Source of the DNA: Microcoleaceae cyanobacterium
GTDB taxonomy: Bacteria > Cyanobacteriota > Cyanobacteriia > Cyanobacteriales > Microcoleaceae
Direction: 5' to 3'
NCBI GenBank assembly: GCA_051652765.1
Contig: JBOFUV010000092.1
Coordinates: forward strand, 1-21,370
DNA: 21,370 nt
Positions 16,901-21,370 of this stretch are shown here, piece by piece; position 1 is the first letter of the stretch, and every line of letters begins with the position of its first letter. A program made the position numbers and the translations under genes. Below the pieces are notes generated by a model, which ran no database searches, was not told the origin of the DNA, and saw only the letters and a list, made by a program, of their open reading frames with translations.

Positions 16901-19900
16901 GGGCCGCCGAACGAGTACTGGTGTTAATTTCCCCGGTTAAGAGCTGGCCGGGAGCGTTGAGGGTAACGGCTCCGCCACTGACCTCGGCAGAACTCGTATC
17001 GACCCTGCCACCACGGGTATCGATATTGCCCTCAGCACTGGTTAAATTCACCGCTCTGCCAGGATTGATGACATCGCCTGTAACAATGTTATTCTGAGCA
17101 TTGAGGGTGAGGGTGGCGGTTTCGGTTCCGGCGAGGGTGAAGCCCTGGGCGTTAACTGATTCTGCCCGCAGCACAAGGGGGGAACGGAAGGTAACATCTC
17201 CAGCCAGGTTAATTGCACTGCCCTGTTCCTCGGCTCCAATGGTGATTGCACTTAAGTTTGCTTCTAAACGGTTGAGTTCAGCGGCGGTCAGTTCCAACGC
17301 TTCCGGGTTAATCGTTTCGATGCCGCCCAGGGTAATGCCCTGATTCGGGGTGAAGGGTTGTAAGGTTAGGGATTGGCCGTTGCCACTAACTGCATTCTCA
17401 AAATCAAGTTCATCCCCGGTGAGGGTTAAGTCAGTCAGCAATGTGACTTCATCTCCGTAACGCTGTCCTGAGTCCCCTGTAGCGGTGATATTGCCATTCA
17501 ACACGGTGGTGCCGCCGCCATTGGTGAAAACGCTGGCGGCATTGACGGCGCTGTTGAACGTTGTTGGGCCTGAACTGTTGACCGTTAACGCTCCCACCGG
17601 AACCAGATCTCCAACGGGTTCAGCAAACTGGACTGTACCCGTTCCCGCCTCTAGGGAGAGGGCATTCGCATTGGCTGTCCTGCCATTGAGAGAACCGTTG
17701 AAGGTAATGGTTCCACTGCTAACCCCCCCCGCCGTCGTGATCAAGGTCGTTGGCTGGGTCAACTGCGTAGTTTGGTTCAGTTCTACAGATCCCCCTTGAC
17801 CCACAGGAGCCGAGGTGTCAATCTCTCCGGTTACGATAATTTGGTTGCCTGCATTGAGGGTGACAGGGCCACTGGTTGCGCCTCCCGAGTCTTGGGTGCT
17901 GCGGGTGTCAATCTCACCCACGGTTAAGGTTTCGGCAGCGTTGAGGGTGATGGCTCCCCCATCACTGCTCCCAGAATCACTCCTGAGCACCCCGTTGCTT
18001 GTGTTGACTGCGCCGTCATTACTGGTAACCGTAATGTTTCCGCCTGGATTGTTGATCTCTCCGGTTCTCACCGCCTGATTCCCGGTGAGGTCAATGGCTC
18101 CTCCCCCCAGGGACTCAATCAGGGATGTGTTACTCAAGAACAGGGCAATTGGGTTTGTCCCGGTGCTGGTTCCATTGATTTGAATGGCCCCGATGTCCGA
18201 TAGAACCACGCTGTTGAAACTGCCAATACCAAAACTGTTGGCTCCGTCTCCTCCCGTTCCGCTCAGATTAACGGCTCCAATTCCTCCCGCCCTGATTTCA
18301 GTGTTGCTCAACAGAAGTATCCCGTCGTTGTTGCCCCCTGAGCCGGTTGCAGTTCCCGCCAAGGCAATATCCCCAGCGTCAATTGTTTCAATCAAGCTGT
18401 TGTTGGTGAGAATGCCCTGACCACTGGTAGTGCCATTGCCCGTTCCGGTTAACTCAATCCCGCCACTAGCAGAACTGATTAAGTTGTTATTTAGAATCGA
18501 AATGCCTTGGCTGTTCGGGCCATTACTACTGGTTCCTGCCAGGGTGATGGTTCCGGTGCCTGAGGTGGTTAAATCAGCCTGATCAAACAGGACAATGCCG
18601 TCGTTATCGAGGCCCGTTCCCTGGCTTAATCCCACCAAGGAAAGATTGCCAGTGCCCTCAGAGAAAAGAGTTCCGCCTGCGTTGATCAAAATGCCCTGAC
18701 TCTGGTTCGTGCCGCGTCCGGTGCCGAAGAGTTGAATATTGCCGTCATTGGACTGAACAAAGCCATTTTCAAAGAGTAAAATTCCTTCGCTGGCTGCGCC
18801 ATTGCCACTCGTTCCAGCAATCGCAATGTTGCCGATTCCGGTTGAGATCACTTGCGAAGCTCGAATCACTACCCCATCATTGTTGTCTCCCAAGGCATTA
18901 CTGGTTCCTGCGAGGTTAATGTCGCCATCGGTGGATAACAGTTGAGCATTGCCCGTCAGGGTAATTCCGTTGGTATTTCCTTGACCGAGTAGGGCCGTTC
19001 CCGTTAAATCAATTGCCCCAGTTCCCGTCGAGATTAACGTGTCCTGAAAAATATTGATCCCACCCCCCGTTGCGGTGAAATTGCCATTGCCTGTATCAAT
19101 CGTGGCGTTGCCAATATTTACACTGCCTGTTGCTGTAAAACTCCCATTAGCCGTGTTAATCGTAGCGTCATTAATGATAATGCCAATGCCTGTTGCTTCA
19201 AAGTTGCCATTGGCAGTATTAATCGTGGCGTTGCCAATATTTACACTTCCTGAACCGTCGTTATCAATATCAGCGGTGAAGGCAATATTTAAACGAGCGG
19301 TTTCGGTCACTTCATTAATACTCTGATTAAAAATATTAATGTTATTCGCAGCATTAAAAACTAACGTTGCTTCCTCAACGTTTACCTCCGGAAAAGGATC
19401 AAAGTCGATGGAAGCATTGAGATTAATATCCCCAATGCCGGGTTCATTCGCATCCGTTGCGATGATAACAGTATTGCCAACTCCCAACCCGTCTTCAATC
19501 AGACTGACTTCAATAATGCTGCCCCCCTCAACCGGAGGAGGAGCACCATCTTCGATAATAGTAATAGTTTGAGGATCGATCAGCCAGGTTCCCCCAGTCC
19601 CGTTGGGAGCAGACAGATCAGGGGCATTGGTAACGGCTAAAAGCCCTCGACTACTGGTTTCAACAAAGCCCCCATTACCAAGGGTTAAGCCACCTCGAAC
19701 ACTAATTTTTCCGTCAATTTGGGTGTAATCCTCTGACCAAACAATCACCCGACCCCCCGATCCATTTTGTAAGGCATCGGCTCGAATCAAAGAGTTGGGA
19801 TCAACAAAAGTTTGTAAGGCATTCGGGAGGGAACCGGAACCCTGATAGTCTCCCCCAATCCGAATCGTTCCGCCGCCATTGCCACTGGCATTAATCGTTG

Positions 19901-20954
19901 CCCCTGAGACTTCAATTTGATTCCCCAGCAGGTTAATTTCTCCCCCCGCGCCTTCAATCCTAGAAGCACCTGTAGAGTCAGGCAGAACTGCTGTACTGAC
20001 TTGCCCTGAAATCATAGCCGTTCCCGGCGTAACAGCTTGAGCAGCCATCAAGGGATGTTCAGCCCGACCTAACACCAAGGCTCCAGTTTCAGTCACCTGA
20101 ACGGAGGTTGCTTGACTTAAAGTTCCTCCCGTTAACAATTCTGGCAAGGACAGCGGAGTTACAGGGGCTTGTGTTGGTACAACTCCCTCGGCCTGAATCC
20201 CTGAATTTAGTCTCTCTGAACTTGAAATCTCTAAACTCAATAAATGCCCAACTTGCCCAATCCGAACGATGCTTTCCCCCGGCACTGCGGCAACTGTGAT
20301 TCGCCCACCGGGAGTTGTGAGGGTTCCAGTATTTAAAACCGTTCCACCCAATAGGGTTAAACTCTCGTTTGGGGCAACGGCCAGCTTGCCAAAATTGACA
20401 ATACTGCCGGGAGCTTGGGCTTCAAACAAGAACTGATTCGGATTGCCCACAAGCTCGCTCCAACTGTTCTCCTGAAGACCGTGAAACCATCCTCCCTGGT
20501 CAAATCCAATACTGTTTGCAGTTGTAACCGTGAACGCAGCCGGAACATTCAAACTGGCATTTTGGCCGAAGACAATGCCTGCTGGATTCATCAAAAATAA
20601 GTTGGAATTCCCCCCGGTGACCTGAATTAAGCCATCAATGAAAGAGGCTTCACCCCCGGTCACCCGACCCAAAATGTTGCGAATTTCCGGCGAAGATAAA
20701 AAGTTGAGAATTTGCCCGTCTGATAGCCCAAGCCGTTCAAAGCTGTGAAATAAGTTGGCGCGATCGCCCGACCGTTGACCCCCCGTCACGTCAAACTGAT
20801 GGGGATTCGGGGAATTTGGGTTCGGAGTAACAACGGTTCCGGTGCCATCCCTAGCCGGGACAATCGGTTGAGCTTGCAGGAATCCCTGAGGCAAGAACAC
20901 CGACAGTAAAACCGCAAGAAACGCACTAAATTGACGAGAGTGTTGTAGAGCCAT
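13926..20954 (-). CDS. Filamentous haemagglutinin N-terminal (TPS) domain protein with long beta-helical repeat region and C-terminal CHAT (caspase-like) domain
   Basis: Signal-peptide-like N-terminus; NLFHSFERLGL...NILGRVTGG...NLFLMNPAGIVFG (TPS domain); GGFVETS and GTWLIDP; G/T/N-rich repeats; CHAT dyad IHLATHADF and LVLSACRTA, ASLWYVSD, HPYYWAGF. Start ATG 20954 or 21002. Confidence 0.92.
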   Translation of the reverse strand: MALQHSRQFSAFLAVLLSVFLPQGFLQAQPIVPARDGTGTVVTPNPNSPNPHQFDVTGGQRSGDRANLFHSFERLGLSDGQILNFLSSPEIRNILGRVTGGEASFIDGLIQVTGGNSNLFLMNPAGIVFGQNASLNVPAAFTVTTANSIGFDQGGWFHGLQENSWSELVGNPNQFLFEAQAPGSIVNFGKLAVAPNESLTLLGGTVLNTGTLTTPGGRITVAAVPGESIVRIGQVGHLLSLEISSSERLNSGIQAEGVVPTQAPVTPLSLPELLTGGTLSQATSVQVTETGALVLGRAEHPLMAAQAVTPGTAMISGQVSTAVLPDSTGASRIEGAGGEINLLGNQIEVSGATINASGNGGGTIRIGGDYQGSGSLPNALQTFVDPNSLIRADALQNGSGGRVIVWSEDYTQIDGKISVRGGLTLGNGGFVETSSRGLLAVTNAPDLSAPNGTGGTWLIDPQTITIIEDGAPPPVEGGSIIEVSLIEDGLGVGNTVIIATDANEPGIGDINLNASIDFDPFPEVNVEEATLVFNAANNINIFNQSINEVTETARLNIAFTADIDNDGSGSVNIGNATINTANGNFEATGIGIIINDATINTANGSFTATGSVNIGNATIDTGNGNFTATGGGINIFQDTLISTGTGAIDLTGTALLGQGNTNGITLTGNAQLLSTDGDINLAGTSNALGDNNDGVVIRASQVISTGIGNIAIAGTSGNGAASEGILLFENGFVQSNDGNIQLFGTGRGTNQSQGILINAGGTLFSEGTGNLSLVGLSQGTGLDNDGIVLFDQADLTTSGTGTITLAGTSSNGPNSQGISILNNNLISSASGGIELTGTGNGTTSGQGILTNNSLIETIDAGDIALAGTATGSGGNNDGILLLSNTEIRAGGIGAVNLSGTGGDGANSFGIGSFNSVVLSDIGAIQINGTSTGTNPIALFLSNTSLIESLGGGAIDLTGNQAVRTGEINNPGGNITVTSNDGAVNTSNGVLRSDSGSSDGGAITLNAAETLTVGEIDTRSTQDSGGATSGPVTLNAGNQIIVTGEIDTSAPVGQGGSVELNQTTQLTQPTTLITTAGGVSSGTITFNGSLNGRTANANALSLEAGTGTVQFAEPVGDLVPVGALTVNSSGPTTFNSAVNAASVFTNGGGTTVLNGNITATGDSGQRYGDEVTLLTDLTLTGDELDFENAVSGNGQSLTLQPFTPNQGITLGGIETINPEALELTAAELNRLEANLSAITIGAEEQGSAINLAGDVTFRSPLVLRAESVNAQGFTLAGTETATLTLNAQNNIVTGDVINPGRAVNLTSAEGNIDTRGGRVDTSSAEVSGGAVTLNAPGQLLTGEINTSTRSAAPTSQGGTVTFTSETPVTLGGNLTVSATAGQGGSLNFDAPVVLDNSVTLDTTGTGSSGNIRFGNSINRATNSVADSPSLTLDAGTGTVGLFTVGNLNPLSSLQVRTSGTTTLNGNLTVNDTLDFTGATGGTVLTTGVTLTTLNPGNILFNNSPITGVGDRLILNAGTGGTVTLDSVGENGGELAGVDLQAGIVSLSGDVFSGGGLDFSRVSQVNVIGDTVALETDSTNGALVLTPEVEGPGQLTLNAGFGNVTLGTVGNVLPLNGLQILGGNVTGLGPITVGSGGVDVEAEGTTILNNSLFSRGVVDITTDQALTTADITAETLTLSSQQQNLTTGSLSTTSPTEPGGAITVTAPAGAIATGNLTATGTTGGAVTIQAETAIRAGQINASGSPGSGGNVILDPLGDIEVGSIRSEGGTQGVGGNISITSTSRFFRATETFPTPFSPTGTASLSTGSPNGGGSITIRHAGGELNAPVAAFEVGNPGVNGTAGTITSGTAVVTAPTTLPRSATEGNIAFQTDDPLIPDPELPINGDPNGDLRQGEAIAIGRDLISRDQASDETGITIDPGDDSGEISFNPSDLIASSDFAFQGGNLDTTLLLVERSWNREFEEYLGLTTSLVDRKAIQEVLKRIEGETREVYVVVYVVAREEQLELILIPSSGSPVRRSVPEATSEKLFPVIRELQVSITNPRERDTNRYQGPAQQLHDWILQPIAADLQQMGATTLLFSLGPGLRSLPLAALWDGKQFLVEKYSYSLIPSTSFINTRYDSLRQGDILAMGASTFRDQNPLPAVPLEVATIAELWPSQTFLNESFTLANLKVQRRLTEYDIIHLATHADFQPGAPKNSYIQLWDGRLPLTQLPNLNWDVPPLELLVLSACRTAVGDRQAELGFAGLAVQAGVKSAIASLWYVSDQGTLGLMSEFYAALRTAPIKSIALQQAQVSMIQGKVRIESGQLITNQGSIPLPPELADIDSQSLAHPYYWAGFTLIGTPW

Positions 20955-21370
20955 GACTAGAACCTTATCTTGTGAAGCAACGCTCAAAATGAAAGCTCCC
21001 ATGCGGTACGCAAGAAACGCTTAATGTCCTCAGGGGGATGAAAGTCGCAACATAGAGCAATCAGGAATGACTTATAAAATGTCTGTTAAAATGTCTGTGA
21101 TGCAGGCAGGATAGGTACTCCACGTTCATGCTTTAAGCTAGATTACTATAGCAACCCTAAATAAGGGACGAGAAACTCAAGAGATTTGGGCACAAAGCTC
21201 CAAGAGAGGCAGCTCCTTCACCCATTTCAATATATATTTCACAGATTATCTAGGATTGCGATCTGAAGTCTCATTAAAGCTCAGTAGAGGGGCGGTAGGC
21301 AGATTCTAGCATTCTAAATGGATCGCAGATTAGCGGTTTACAATTCGCTAGCAATTCTTATTTAGCCGCC

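Larger units (their letters stand above)
3183..20767. repeat. HIP1 octamers GCGATCGC (12 dispersed copies seen)
   Basis: Starts at 3183, 3492, 6581, 7234, 10384, 11284, 13033, 14191, 15268, 15826, 16425 and 20760. Hallmark of many cyanobacterial genomes. Confidence 0.9.

Noticed and set aside
15976..17097. 373-aa antisense ORF, and other antisense ORFs such as 6753-7550 and 3691-4248
   Set aside because: These are shadows of long, codon-biased repeat genes on the opposite strand and show no protein motifs.

Overview
Cyanobacterial chromosomal window (12 HIP1 GCGATCGC sites, PSRP-3/Ycf65, a Mo-nitrogenase-C-terminal-domain gene, DUF4347/RTX and TPS-CHAT giant proteins). Most of it (about 1860-21370) is ordinary host DNA: ruvA, a ~2140-aa DUF4347/lectin/Ig-repeat/RTX surface protein, a Cache-HAMP histidine kinase, a TerB-like/Mo-nitrogenase-C protein, psrp3, a HAD hydrolase and a ~2340-aa filamentous-haemagglutinin/CHAT protein. 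The notable part is the first ~1.86 kb. A divergent IS110-family recombinase (551-1795) is preceded by a ~330-nt highly structured non-coding region. This region contains two homologous long hairpins whose internal-loop strands spell out the DNA junction found 52 bp after the recombinase stop (AGAGTGAAAATATT, 1848-1861), as expected for a bridge RNA. The decoded guides predict a left junction (ATAGGGAATCCGTT) that I could not find in the window. The element therefore appears to extend upstream and carry at least one extra gene, making it a candidate cargo-carrying or integrative element mobilised by an RNA-guided bridge recombinase. All structures were read by eye; no folding program or database search was run.
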